Shown here: positions 9,194 to 16,933 of the stretch, piece by piece
How positions within the stretch are numbered: the first letter of the stretch is position 1
Layout of the letters: every line of letters begins with the position of its first letter
Virus record (IMG/VR): IMGVR_UViG_3300005529_001081
Location: 1 to 55,374 of that record
From: a virus
Lineage: Duplodnaviria; Caudoviricetes
DNA length: 55,374 nucleotides
Strand: one strand, 5' to 3'
The notes under the pieces: model-generated
Databases searched by the model: none
What the model was told of the DNA's origin: nothing
What the model saw: the letters and a program-made list of their open reading frames with translations, nothing else
Position numbers and translations under genes: made by a program

Positions 9194-9712
9194 CTAGCGC
9201 GCGGCTCCGGCTTTTAACTGCTGCTGCCGGTTTCCCGGCTGTATTTCTGAAAACGGTTTCAGCTCGAGAACGTCCCGAGGGGCCAGGAGCCCTTCCTCAG
9301 AGGGACGGCGAAGCTTCGCCGCGACGGCGGCGTCACGCGCAAGGGACAAGAACATCGAGCTGTAAGCGAACCCAAGATTGGGGACCGCCTGAAAAACAAT
9401 TCGTTTGTATTCGGCAACCGCGGCGGCGCCGAGGGCGCGATCAATGCGCACCAGCTGGTAATCGTCGATGGGCCGGCCGTAGAGTTTTAGGAACAGCGAA
9501 TCGAGGAATTCGCGGAGCTCCACTATCCGGTAAATTTCCTGCGGAAGGGTGGCGCGCTCGGGATCGAGCCTGTCGGAATCCGGACTCCGCAGTCCATCGA
9601 GGATGCGCCAAGCGATGTAGGTGACGCCCATTCCGCCAATGATGATCGCGGCGATCGCGAGCCAGAACAGCGTCTCAACAAACACGGCCGACATCAGCAG
9701 ATCCTGCGTCAT
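9194..9712 (-). CDS. Membrane-anchored protein with a domain paralogous to the Rep middle domain
   Basis: N-terminal TM helix; ELREFLDSLF...LSLARDA resembles Rep KLREALTPVF...PKLAKEA. Confidence 0.6.
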   Translation of the reverse strand: MTQDLLMSAVFVETLFWLAIAAIIIGGMGVTYIAWRILDGLRSPDSDRLDPERATLPQEIYRIVELREFLDSLFLKLYGRPIDDYQLVRIDRALGAAAVAEYKRIVFQAVPNLGFAYSSMFLSLARDAAVAAKLRRPSEEGLLAPRDVLELKPFSEIQPGNRQQQLKAGAAR

Positions 9713-9897
9713 GCGGCCTTCCTCCAGCTGCGTATGCTTCCACGCTCGTATCGCTTATTGGCGCGAGCGCGGTAGGTGGGCCGCGGGCGCCGGAGAGGCC
9801 GCACGAAAGCGATGGCCGCTGCGGCGAGCGACAATAGGACCGCGACGACCGCCAGCCAACGCGCCCAGCCGATCAGAAGATCGATTCCGCCGTTCAT
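9709..9897 (-). CDS. Small membrane protein
   Basis: Hydrophobic helix followed by a basic tail. Confidence 0.55.
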   Translation of the reverse strand: MNGGIDLLIGWARWLAVVAVLLSLAAAAIAFVRPLRRPRPTYRARANKRYERGSIRSWRKAA

Positions 9898-10154
9898 GCG
9901 GCGACGTCTCCCTCCGGACGCACCGTCATTTCCCAGATGACCAGCTCGACCTCTTCGCGGCGCAGCTCGTACATGCGCGCCAGGTCTTTTTCCGGAACGC
10001 CGCGCGTGAAATCGCGATACAACCGCCGTTTGTTGTCGTGCAGCATGTTTACGAACGGGCGGATGCGAAGCCGAGCCATCGCCGGTTTCTTCCGAACGAG
10101 TTGCGGGCCCGCGGATCCGGGAACTGCGCTGCTAGGCGGTACGTTTGAGTTCAT
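9894..10154 (-). CDS. Small HTH-like protein
   Basis: GVPEKDLARMYELRREEVELVI. Confidence 0.5.
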   Translation of the reverse strand: MNSNVPPSSAVPGSAGPQLVRKKPAMARLRIRPFVNMLHDNKRRLYRDFTRGVPEKDLARMYELRREEVELVIWEMTVRPEGDVAA

Positions 10155-10377
10155 CGGATTTTTGAGCTTCCAGTTCTAGGAGAGTTCTGGCTTTTGCGAG
10201 ACACGCCGCCGCAATGCGCGCAGATTTGGATTTTCCGTTCAGATACAGCCACACGGCCGTATCGCTGACGGGCGGATCAAGACCCTTGGCGATTTCACGA
10301 AACGAACCCGAATGCCGCTTGAGGATCTCGCGAACCTCTACCCGGCTTAGTTCCTTCGGTTGCGCTTGGCTGGCCAT
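10132..10377 (-). CDS. Cro-like HTH regulator
   Basis: SFREIAKGLDPPVSDTAVWLYLNGK HTH; first gene of the leftward operon. Confidence 0.75.
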   Translation of the reverse strand: MASQAQPKELSRVEVREILKRHSGSFREIAKGLDPPVSDTAVWLYLNGKSKSARIAAACLAKARTLLELEAQKSDELKRTA

Positions 10378-10490
10378 GGCGTTAAAACTTAAAGCAAGTT
10401 AAAGACAAGGAGATGATATACCCTAGTGTCCTAGGAAGTCAACAGGCATCACTGCTTGATACCTAGGTTGCTAGTGTAACCCGTTGATTC
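10378..10490. promoter_or_regulatory. Divergent immunity promoter/operator region
   Basis: AT-rich; CTAG-N4-CTAG at 10423-10434 and 10463-10474; leftward TTGACT...TATCAT promoter-like elements flank the first box. Confidence 0.65.
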
Positions 10491-10808
10491 ATGGCCGAAA
10501 AAACTTTTGGCATTGACCTCGAAGAATCGCTCCACGAGCAGGCGAAGAAGCTCGCAATCGACCGCAAGGTGCCTGTGAAGCGGCTTTACGCCGAAGCCAT
10601 CGCAGCGCTTCTGGCCGCGCGCGCACCACACGTGCCAGAGAAACCGCGACCGGTGTCGCCCTTCGACCGTTGGCACAGGATGCTAGATGAGATCCTGGAA
10701 TCGGGCGATCGGGAAGCTATTTCCGCAGTCGAGCAGAATATCGTGGTCTTTCACCGCATCGTCGGAACAAGGACTACGACTGCGACGCTAAAGCGAAAGA
10801 GCCGCTGA
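10491..10808 (+). CDS. Ribbon-helix-helix regulator (putative repressor)
   Basis: KTFGIDLEESLHEQAKKLAIDRKVPVKRLYAEAIAALL RHH pattern; divergent from the cro-like gene. Confidence 0.7.
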   Translation: MAEKTFGIDLEESLHEQAKKLAIDRKVPVKRLYAEAIAALLAARAPHVPEKPRPVSPFDRWHRMLDEILESGDREAISAVEQNIVVFHRIVGTRTTTATLKRKSR

Positions 10809-10833
10809 TTCACCGGTGGCGCACAAGGAGTGC

Positions 10834-11037
10834 ATGCTGGAAATCCTGATCTTCATCCTGAACGTAGCGTTTTATTTCTGGTTCGGAAAAACCATGAACT
10901 CGATCAACGAGCACCTTGCTAAGATCGAGGCGGAACAGTCCAAACAAACTCAGCTTCTAGCGTCAGCCGCCAACGATCTTGACCTGATCCGCGAGCAGGC
11001 TGCCAGTTCCCGTTCCCGATCCGTACCTCCGTACTAG
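10834..11037 (+). CDS. Small membrane protein (possible superinfection exclusion)
   Basis: AAGGAG RBS; N-terminal TM plus coiled coil; directly downstream of the repressor gene. Confidence 0.55.
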   Translation: MLEILIFILNVAFYFWFGKTMNSINEHLAKIEAEQSKQTQLLASAANDLDLIREQAASSRSRSVPPY

Positions 11038-11091
11038 GCGGCATGAGGCATTTCCCAAGGAATATCGCATAAATCGACGGATTGTCGTTTA

Positions 11092-11355
11092 GTGGCCTTT
11101 GGCATTCAATGGTCGATTGTGAACCTTTTCGTTGTGAGCAGCAGAGCCAAGGTCACAGTCAGTCAGAGCGACCTCGAGAACATCGTCAGCCTCGAAGCAC
11201 AGATCACTCGCCTTTCAGAACTCAGGGACCAGCTCGCCGAGCACGTCATGCGACGGTTGTCGGGCGGGGCGGAAATCGAGATCGGCCCGCGCACCGCCGA
11301 ATGCCGCGATGAATATCACGGATACGTAAGGACGCAGCGCCTGATCGTCCGCTGA
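11092..11355 (+). CDS. Hypothetical coiled-coil protein
   Basis: ORF co-oriented with the repressor; start uncertain. Confidence 0.55.
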   Translation: MAFGIQWSIVNLFVVSSRAKVTVSQSDLENIVSLEAQITRLSELRDQLAEHVMRRLSGGAEIEIGPRTAECRDEYHGYVRTQRLIVR

Positions 11356-11384
11356 GGACGCAGGCCGCGGGGCCTACCTACCTG

Positions 11385-11505
11385 GATACTGGAGTATCGG
11401 GGTCACACTGATACTCCAGTATCGAAAAAGCGGTACCCGAGTATCGGCCTTTCGAGCGATTAAATATTAAGGAAGAACACAACACTTCTACGAGAGAAGT
11501 ATTAG
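11385..11505. repeat. Iteron-like GATACT-NN-AGTATC repeats plus AT-rich tract (candidate origin)
   Basis: Copies at 11385-11398, 11410-11423 and (degenerate) 11432-11445; 11385-11402 is identical to 8326-8343 inside rep. Confidence 0.6.
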
Positions 11506-11576
11506 TGGGTGAGTGCGAGCGGCGCCGGGAAACCACCCACCCACATCCGGTATTCCAGGAGACGCAAAGGTAAAGA

Positions 11577-12176
11577 TCACCATTGGCCGGCAAGTCGCTG
11601 GCCGAGTTCGTCACGCCGTTTGTTGCGCACCTTGAGGTAGCGCATCGTGCTCCGTATATCGCGATGACCAAGGTGATCCTGGACTTCCTCGGCCGATGCT
11701 CTTTCTCCCAGCAGCGTTCCGGCCGAATGACGTAGACAATGGAAGTGGCGTTTGGATTCCGGAAGGCCTGCACGAGCTCCGTAGTGCTTCATGAGCTGGT
11801 CAAGCCTGCTCCTCGATACCGGCCGCCCACCTTGGCGAGACACAAACAGCGGTCCCGGCCCTGTTCCGCGGATCGCGATCCATTTCCGCAGCGCGCGCAC
11901 CTCGCGATCCGTCAGTAAATATTCTCCGGAGTTGCCGCCCTTCAGTCTCTCGATGTAGAGCCTCCTGGCAGTCATCCGCAGGCCCGAAACTTTTAGGCGG
12001 CCTACCTCGCTCGCGCGCAGCCCGCGGTGGAACGCGACCTCAAAGATCGCCAGGTCGCGGGGAGAGTCAATCGAGCGAAACAGCGCATCGAGCTCGTCTT
12101 CGTTCAGGTACTGCAGGTCTCGCCCGGAGTACTTTCGCGCGCGGGAAACGGGCGCTTTCCGCTTCTGTAAGTCCAT
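11577..12176 (-). CDS. FimB/Xer-like tyrosine recombinase (catalytic domain only)
   Basis: HRGLRASEV, RLKG, HCLRHS, LGHRDIRSTMRY; 199 aa; no arm-binding domain. Confidence 0.9.
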   Translation of the reverse strand: MDLQKRKAPVSRARKYSGRDLQYLNEDELDALFRSIDSPRDLAIFEVAFHRGLRASEVGRLKVSGLRMTARRLYIERLKGGNSGEYLLTDREVRALRKWIAIRGTGPGPLFVSRQGGRPVSRSRLDQLMKHYGARAGLPESKRHFHCLRHSAGTLLGERASAEEVQDHLGHRDIRSTMRYLKVRNKRRDELGQRLAGQW

Positions 12177-12194
12177 TCATTTCAACATCGGTTC

Positions 12195-12224
12195 AGTTGG
12201 ACAGAATCTGCATTCTGTCCAACT
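12195..12224. repeat. Palindromic recombinase site candidate
   Basis: AGTTGGACAGAAT-CTGC-ATTCTGTCCAACT; extra half-sites at 12288-12302 and (degenerate, inverted) 13090-13103. Confidence 0.7.
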
Positions 12225-12308
12225 CGCGGGGTTTGCCGAACGTGTTTTGAACGGCTTAGCGGCGGCCGCGGAGGGCCTCCACTCGCAATTCTGTCCAACT
12301 CGTGGAAT

Positions 12309-13052
12309 TCAGCCCCGGGCGGCAGTGCGCCGGCTCCGAGAGGGCTTCTCCCCGGCACCCAGGCCGGGTAGGGTACTCCCGGCGGCAGCTACCTTGGAAG
12401 CGATCAGGCGCTCCACGCGCTGCTGCTGGAGGTCGGGATAGTCCTGGTAGCCGAAATCGCCCGCGGCTCGTTTAAGCGCGCGCATCGCGGCCGTGATCTC
12501 CGATTCAGACGCTGCCTGTTCGTCGGTCCTGAACTCGTCGAGCGATCGCAGCTCATGGGAGAAGAAAAGCGTGTGAGCCACGATCCCCAATTTCCCGGCC
12601 CGGAAGATCATTGGACGCTCGCGGGAATAGAGCCTCATCAGCGCTATGCCCGCAAGCGACGTCCTACGGAGCGCACCGAAAAGAGCCGCGTAAGGTAGCT
12701 CGTCTTGCGCGGGCGCCACGTAGTAGGACGATTCAAACTGGGTCGGATCCATCTGCTCGAGCGGCACGAAACGAAGCTCGATCGAGTCGCCTGCGGCCGG
12801 AGCCAGGCTCTCGATTTCTTCTTCGGTGAGAGTAGCGAACTTGCCTTTCTCGTATTCGTAGCCTTTCACCAGCTCGGTGCGAGCGATCGGCTTGTCCTCG
12901 CCCTGGCAGTACAAGACCTGCTTCACGCGGGACAGGTCTGTGGCGTGGAGCTGATTGAAAGACGGATTCTCTCCCCGCGCTCCCGTCAGAATCCTGACTG
13001 CGACCGATCGGCCGCCGTAGACCAGTTGTCCCTTCCAGACCGGTGTGCCCAT
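12309..13052 (-). CDS. ku: Prokaryotic Ku DNA-end-binding protein
   Basis: VWKG, SFNQLH, RVKQ, ELVKGYEYEKG and SYYVAP motifs. Confidence 0.92.
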   Translation of the reverse strand: MGTPVWKGQLVYGGRSVAVRILTGARGENPSFNQLHATDLSRVKQVLYCQGEDKPIARTELVKGYEYEKGKFATLTEEEIESLAPAAGDSIELRFVPLEQMDPTQFESSYYVAPAQDELPYAALFGALRRTSLAGIALMRLYSRERPMIFRAGKLGIVAHTLFFSHELRSLDEFRTDEQAASESEITAAMRALKRAAGDFGYQDYPDLQQQRVERLIASKVAAAGSTLPGLGAGEKPSRSRRTAARG

Positions 13053-13194
13053 ACCAGCCCTTTCGGCTCACGAGCAAATCCCTTCACTTGAGCTGGACAA
13101 AACGCTCTGACGCGGTTGGAGAAGATCCTTTTTCCTCCGAGATATTTAGGCCTCGAATTCGGGGCCATCGTGTCGGATTCCGCTGCCCGCTCCG

Positions 13195-13316
13195 TATAAT
13201 CGGGTGCAAGTCAAAAGACGCAGATTCGAAGCACGTAGTTCTCCCACCTCTGTACCGGCGCCGGCCCTGCTAACCAGCGGGACCGGCGCTCCCGCTTCAT
13301 TCCGCTCTTTTCTCTT
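13195..13316 (+). promoter_or_regulatory. Candidate late promoter (-10 TATAAT) followed by a hairpin and pyrimidine tract
   Basis: TATAAT at 13195-13200; GCGCCGG...CCGGCGC stem at 13258-13289; weak -35. Confidence 0.4.
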
Positions 13317-13360
13317 CGCGTCGGCGCGGTTCCGGTCGACAAAACAAGGCGGGAGCAACC

Positions 13361-13918
13361 TTGGAATCCTCAACGTCGGCGCCAATCGGCCTGAGGCTAT
13401 GGCCGTTCTTCGTTCAAGCCAGCAAGAACAACCCACCGGACACGGATCCGTATCCGGCGCAATCGCGGGCGTGGACGGCCGACCAGGCGCGCGCATTGGC
13501 TTCGCGCAGCTGCTCAGGCTGCTGCGGATCCGGCCTTCGCGCCATCGCTGGCGACATCACTCCATGCGGCTGCGTTCTGCGCCGCATTTTCAATCATTGC
13601 TTTTCTCGTTACCTCGAGTGCATCGAACGGCCGCGCCGATTCGGGCCCAAGAACGAGGACTTCATATCCGATTTTGAGCTCGTTGGACTGCGTGCGCTCA
13701 GCAACGACAAGGAGCGGCAGCTTTTCCGGCTCATTTTCATTTCCGGCGTGGATCATCGGAGGAGCGCCGAGATTCTGGGCCTGGATAACGCCAGGTTCCG
13801 CGGGTGCCTTCGCCGGGTGCAAGAAAAAGCCGGGCGAGCCTTCCGCGAAATCAGACCATACGCTCTGTATCCCACCGGTTCGTATTTTCAGGCGCCCACG
13901 CGGAGGCCCGCGGCCTGA
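13361..13918 (+). CDS. Zn-finger plus C-terminal HTH regulator (possible Q-like late activator)
   Basis: CSGCCG...CGC; C-terminal sigma4-like HTH (HRRSAEILGLDNARF); first gene of the rightward operon. Confidence 0.6.
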   Translation: MESSTSAPIGLRLWPFFVQASKNNPPDTDPYPAQSRAWTADQARALASRSCSGCCGSGLRAIAGDITPCGCVLRRIFNHCFSRYLECIERPRRFGPKNEDFISDFELVGLRALSNDKERQLFRLIFISGVDHRRSAEILGLDNARFRGCLRRVQEKAGRAFREIRPYALYPTGSYFQAPTRRPAA

Positions 13919-14256
13919 TGATTTGGCCGACGCAAGGCCAGTGGCCCTGGCCCTCCCCTCCGCCGTCGCCGTTCGACGTAATCGCGCGGCAAGAGCGGCT
14001 TGAGCTCATAGAGCTCTGCCTGATCGAGATAGGCCGCAAGCACGCCTCGGTTCTCCGGATGCGGTACTTCCGTGATCTGTCGTTCAAGGACATGGCTCGG
14101 GCGTTGGCGACATCTGAGGATGCCGTCGGGCAGATGCACGGGCGAGTCCTTGCAAGAGTGCGCGAGCTGCTGCAGACAGCCGGCCGCGAAGAAGGCCGTC
14201 TGGCTCTCAATCGCCCAGGCCATCGCGGCGTGAAACGAATCAAGGACGTCCTCTGA
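13918..14256 (+). CDS. Sigma-70 region-4-only protein (FliA-like)
   Basis: VLRMRYFRDLSFKDMARALATSEDAVGQMHGRVLARVRELL; TGATG coupling to the upstream gene. Confidence 0.75.
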   Translation: MIWPTQGQWPWPSPPPSPFDVIARQERLELIELCLIEIGRKHASVLRMRYFRDLSFKDMARALATSEDAVGQMHGRVLARVRELLQTAGREEGRLALNRPGHRGVKRIKDVL

Positions 14257-14260
14257 GCCA

Positions 14261-15013
14261 ATGCAAATCTTCGAGGTCAGCTGTCGAAAAAACGACGGCT
14301 GGCTGGGATCCCTGTTTGTGGGCGAATTGCGTTTCAGTTCGCTCGCGGGTCGTCCGATCGACCGTCAGGAATTCCTCGACCAGATCGCGGGCAAACGCGT
14401 GCTCAACGCCGCCCACGGGTACCATAACAAGGAATCCCAAGCCGACCATTTCGCCGAGACTGTCGCGGCGCGGATCGAGGAGGCGCAGCTCGGTTACGAC
14501 GCCCTTGTTCTGTTCTCCTGGTCCGGCGGCCTCACATACGCCGGATTCGGAATGGCAGTCGCGCGAACGAAGGCCTGCGGGCGGCGGCTGGCGGACCTTA
14601 TAGCCCTCGAGGGCGGCGCCGGCGCTCACGTCGACTGCGTCAGCCACTCTTTGGGAGCCGAAGTCAGCACCTATGCGCTGCAGAAATCCAGATCGGTCGG
14701 CCGATGGATCGCGCTCGCAGCGGCTATCTCCGACACGAGCCTAGGTCCCGGGCAGCAGTTCGACGCCAACGGGCTTGGAGTGGGCCGCGTTCTTGTGACT
14801 CACAGCGAACGCGATGAAGTGCTCCAATGGGCCTACCCGATCGGCTCTGGGCTCAAAGCAGCCCTCGGTCTGCACGGCCCGCGCATCGGCCAGTCCGCAG
14901 CCAAAGTTTCGGCTAGGAACGTCTCCGAATTCGTGTCGAGCCACAGTGAAGCCTATTCGGCGCCGAGAGTCTACGAGATCTGGGCCCAGTGGATGAAGGG
15001 CGATAAATGCTAG
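14261..15013 (+). CDS. Alpha/beta hydrolase (DUF726/DUF900-like)
   Basis: AHGY, FSW, nucleophile elbow SHSLG, S..D.VL and a C-terminal His. Confidence 0.8.
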   Translation: MQIFEVSCRKNDGWLGSLFVGELRFSSLAGRPIDRQEFLDQIAGKRVLNAAHGYHNKESQADHFAETVAARIEEAQLGYDALVLFSWSGGLTYAGFGMAVARTKACGRRLADLIALEGGAGAHVDCVSHSLGAEVSTYALQKSRSVGRWIALAAAISDTSLGPGQQFDANGLGVGRVLVTHSERDEVLQWAYPIGSGLKAALGLHGPRIGQSAAKVSARNVSEFVSSHSEAYSAPRVYEIWAQWMKGDKC

Positions 15014-15276
15014 CCGGCTACGTTCTTTTCCGCGACGGGAAGCATGTCGCCGGCGGCCGCGATATTCTCCTCGCTCACGACCTGGCCAAAGAAGCCAGCG
15101 CCGACGGCGGATCGCCTATCGCGATCGAGGGTCCAGGAATTCTCCGCGGGCGTGAAGTTATCGCCGTTTACGAGAACGGAAAGCTGGTTCTGAAGGGCCG
15201 CGGTCGGAGATCGATCCAGCGTGGCGTCATCTTGGCGAAAGCTCGAGCTGCTATGGCAGGGAGCATCGGTGCGTAA
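15007..15276 (+). CDS. Hypothetical protein
   Basis: Overlaps neighbours in the operon. Confidence 0.5.
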   Translation: MLAGYVLFRDGKHVAGGRDILLAHDLAKEASADGGSPIAIEGPGILRGREVIAVYENGKLVLKGRGRRSIQRGVILAKARAAMAGSIGA

Positions 15277-15556
15277 GAAGAGCAGGCCGCGATTGCTGTT
15301 CCTCGTGGCCGCAGGCGCGCTCTACGCGCTCGAGCTGGGCGCAGGGCGTCCTTCAGATCAGGCGGATCACCACCGGTACGCGGAGACCGTTCTGTATCCC
15401 GCCTTCATTTCGAAGATGAACAATTGGGCGTTCGAGCACCCCATCAGCGATCCAAAGCACCTGGACAAGACCGATGCGCAGGACCTGGGCAGGCTCAACG
15501 CTGCGCGAAAGGCCTGGCGCGAGTTCGACCAGGAAATGAAGCTCGCCGGATACTGA
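15269..15556 (+). CDS. Hypothetical protein with N-terminal signal/TM segment
   Basis: RKKSRPRLLFLVAAGALYAL. Confidence 0.55.
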   Translation: MRKKSRPRLLFLVAAGALYALELGAGRPSDQADHHRYAETVLYPAFISKMNNWAFEHPISDPKHLDKTDAQDLGRLNAARKAWREFDQEMKLAGY

Positions 15557-15557
15557 C

Positions 15558-15866
15558 ATGCCTCCTTTAACTCCTCGCGAAAAGCAGGTCCACGAGCTCG
15601 TGGAACAGGGACGAACCATCGCTGAAATCGCCCACCAGCTCGGGATCGCTCCCGGGACAGTAAAGATTCACAAAAAGAACGTGGCGATAAAGCTTCGCCA
15701 GCACGCGGAAGACAGTCGCCCGATTGGGATCCAGGACGGAACCGTTCCGTGCAACGTCGTGGACGTTCACCGCGGGCCGTCCGTGCTGGCGTATCAGCAC
15801 GACGGCGAGCATCAGTTCAGCCTCGATCCGCTCAAAAATACAGACGAAGATCTGGCCGTTTCCTAG
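15558..15866 (+). CDS. LuxR-type HTH protein
   Basis: LTPREKQV...G.TIAEIAHQLGIAPGTVKIH...KL. Confidence 0.85.
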   Translation: MPPLTPREKQVHELVEQGRTIAEIAHQLGIAPGTVKIHKKNVAIKLRQHAEDSRPIGIQDGTVPCNVVDVHRGPSVLAYQHDGEHQFSLDPLKNTDEDLAVS

Positions 15867-15873
15867 GGGCGAT

Positions 15874-16074
15874 ATGGACTTCTCGAATGCAGCGCACGTC
15901 ACGGCGATCGTAGCGACCGTCGCCGGCGGCGCCAATTTCATCATGATGCTGGTCATCAAAGCTGCGGTGAGCGACGTCAAGACTCAGATCGCCGAAGCTC
16001 GGCTGAAAGACGCGAACGAACTCCGGGAATGGGTCGAGCGCCATTTCGAAAGGAAGGAGCTTCGAGCAAGATGA
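15874..16074 (+). CDS. Small single-TM coiled-coil protein (holin-like candidate)
   Basis: One TM helix and a charged C-terminus; located just before cos. Confidence 0.5.
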   Translation: MDFSNAAHVTAIVATVAGGANFIMMLVIKAAVSDVKTQIAEARLKDANELREWVERHFERKELRAR

Positions 16075-16086
16075 TCCGTGGGCTGC

Positions 16087-16132
16087 GGGTCCTTCCGGGG
16101 AGGGTCCCCATGAGCGGGGCGAAGCCTTGCTC
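16087..16132 (+). other. Lambda-like cos site (cosQ plus cosN candidate)
   Basis: GGGTCCT (identical to lambda cosQ), a spacer, then GAGCG-GGGCGAAGCCTT-GCTC resembling lambda cosN at lambda-like spacing; upstream of the terminase genes. Confidence 0.7.
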
Positions 16133-16191
16133 GTTCGCGCTAGTCGCCGAACGCGTTTTCGAGTTACCACTGAACCGATATTGAGCCTTCC

Positions 16192-16926
16192 GTGCAATCA
16201 AAAGTCAGAAAGCGAAATCGCCTGGCCGAAGAACACCTCTGGCTGGCGACATCCATCGCGAATCAGATCTCGGAAACGCTTCCCGTCCACGTGGATTTCG
16301 ATGACTTGCGCCAAGCCGGTCTACTCGGCCTACTGGATGCCGCGGACAGGTATTCGCCCGATCGCGGCGTGAAGTTCTCCAGCTTTGCGAAGTTCCGGAT
16401 CCGTGGGGCGATTCTTGACTACCTCAGGGACCTGGATTGGGCGAGCCGGGACATGCGGCGCCAGCAGAAAGAACTGGCCTCGGTATACAACGACCTCGCC
16501 AACCGCCTCCAGCGCGAACCGGACCTGGCCGAACTCGCGGGGGAGTTAGGGATCGATGTGGAAAAGCTCGGCCAGAGAATCAAGGCGAGTATGCTCGAGC
16601 ACGGTCTGGTCTCCGCATCTTTCCGCACTGGCGGCGACGGGGACGACCTTCCGCCTTCCGATTTTGCGGCGCCTGGCGCGACCAGGCCCGACTCCGTGGC
16701 CTCTCAAAACGAACTTCGGGGATTCCTGGACAAGGCGTTGAACACGCTTCCAGAACGGTATCGCAGAGTCATTTCTCTCTATCACTTTCGTGAGCTCACG
16801 ATGCGCCAGGTCGGGGATGTTCTAGGCGTCAATGAAAGCCGGGTCTCGCAGATGCACCAAATAGCGCTCAAGCGAATGCGAGCAGTCCTCCTGGAAGAGG
16901 GCATTCCTTCCGCGCAGGCTTTCTAA
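16192..16926 (+). CDS. FliA/WhiG-family (sigma-28) RNA polymerase sigma factor
   Basis: DDLRQAGLLGLLDAADRY, FAKFRIRGAILDYLRDLDWASR, VNESRVSQMH. Confidence 0.92.
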   Translation: MQSKVRKRNRLAEEHLWLATSIANQISETLPVHVDFDDLRQAGLLGLLDAADRYSPDRGVKFSSFAKFRIRGAILDYLRDLDWASRDMRRQQKELASVYNDLANRLQREPDLAELAGELGIDVEKLGQRIKASMLEHGLVSASFRTGGDGDDLPPSDFAAPGATRPDSVASQNELRGFLDKALNTLPERYRRVISLYHFRELTMRQVGDVLGVNESRVSQMHQIALKRMRAVLLEEGIPSAQAF

Positions 16927-16933
16927 GCGACCG

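Noticed and set aside
11378-11773. 131-aa minus-strand ORF over the iteron region
   Set aside because: It overlaps the recombinase out of frame and has no motifs; the region looks cis-regulatory
12195-12224. Protelomerase telRL site of a linear N15-like phage-plasmid
   Set aside because: The palindrome is short with an asymmetric centre, the adjacent recombinase is only 199 aa, and no ParAB genes are present
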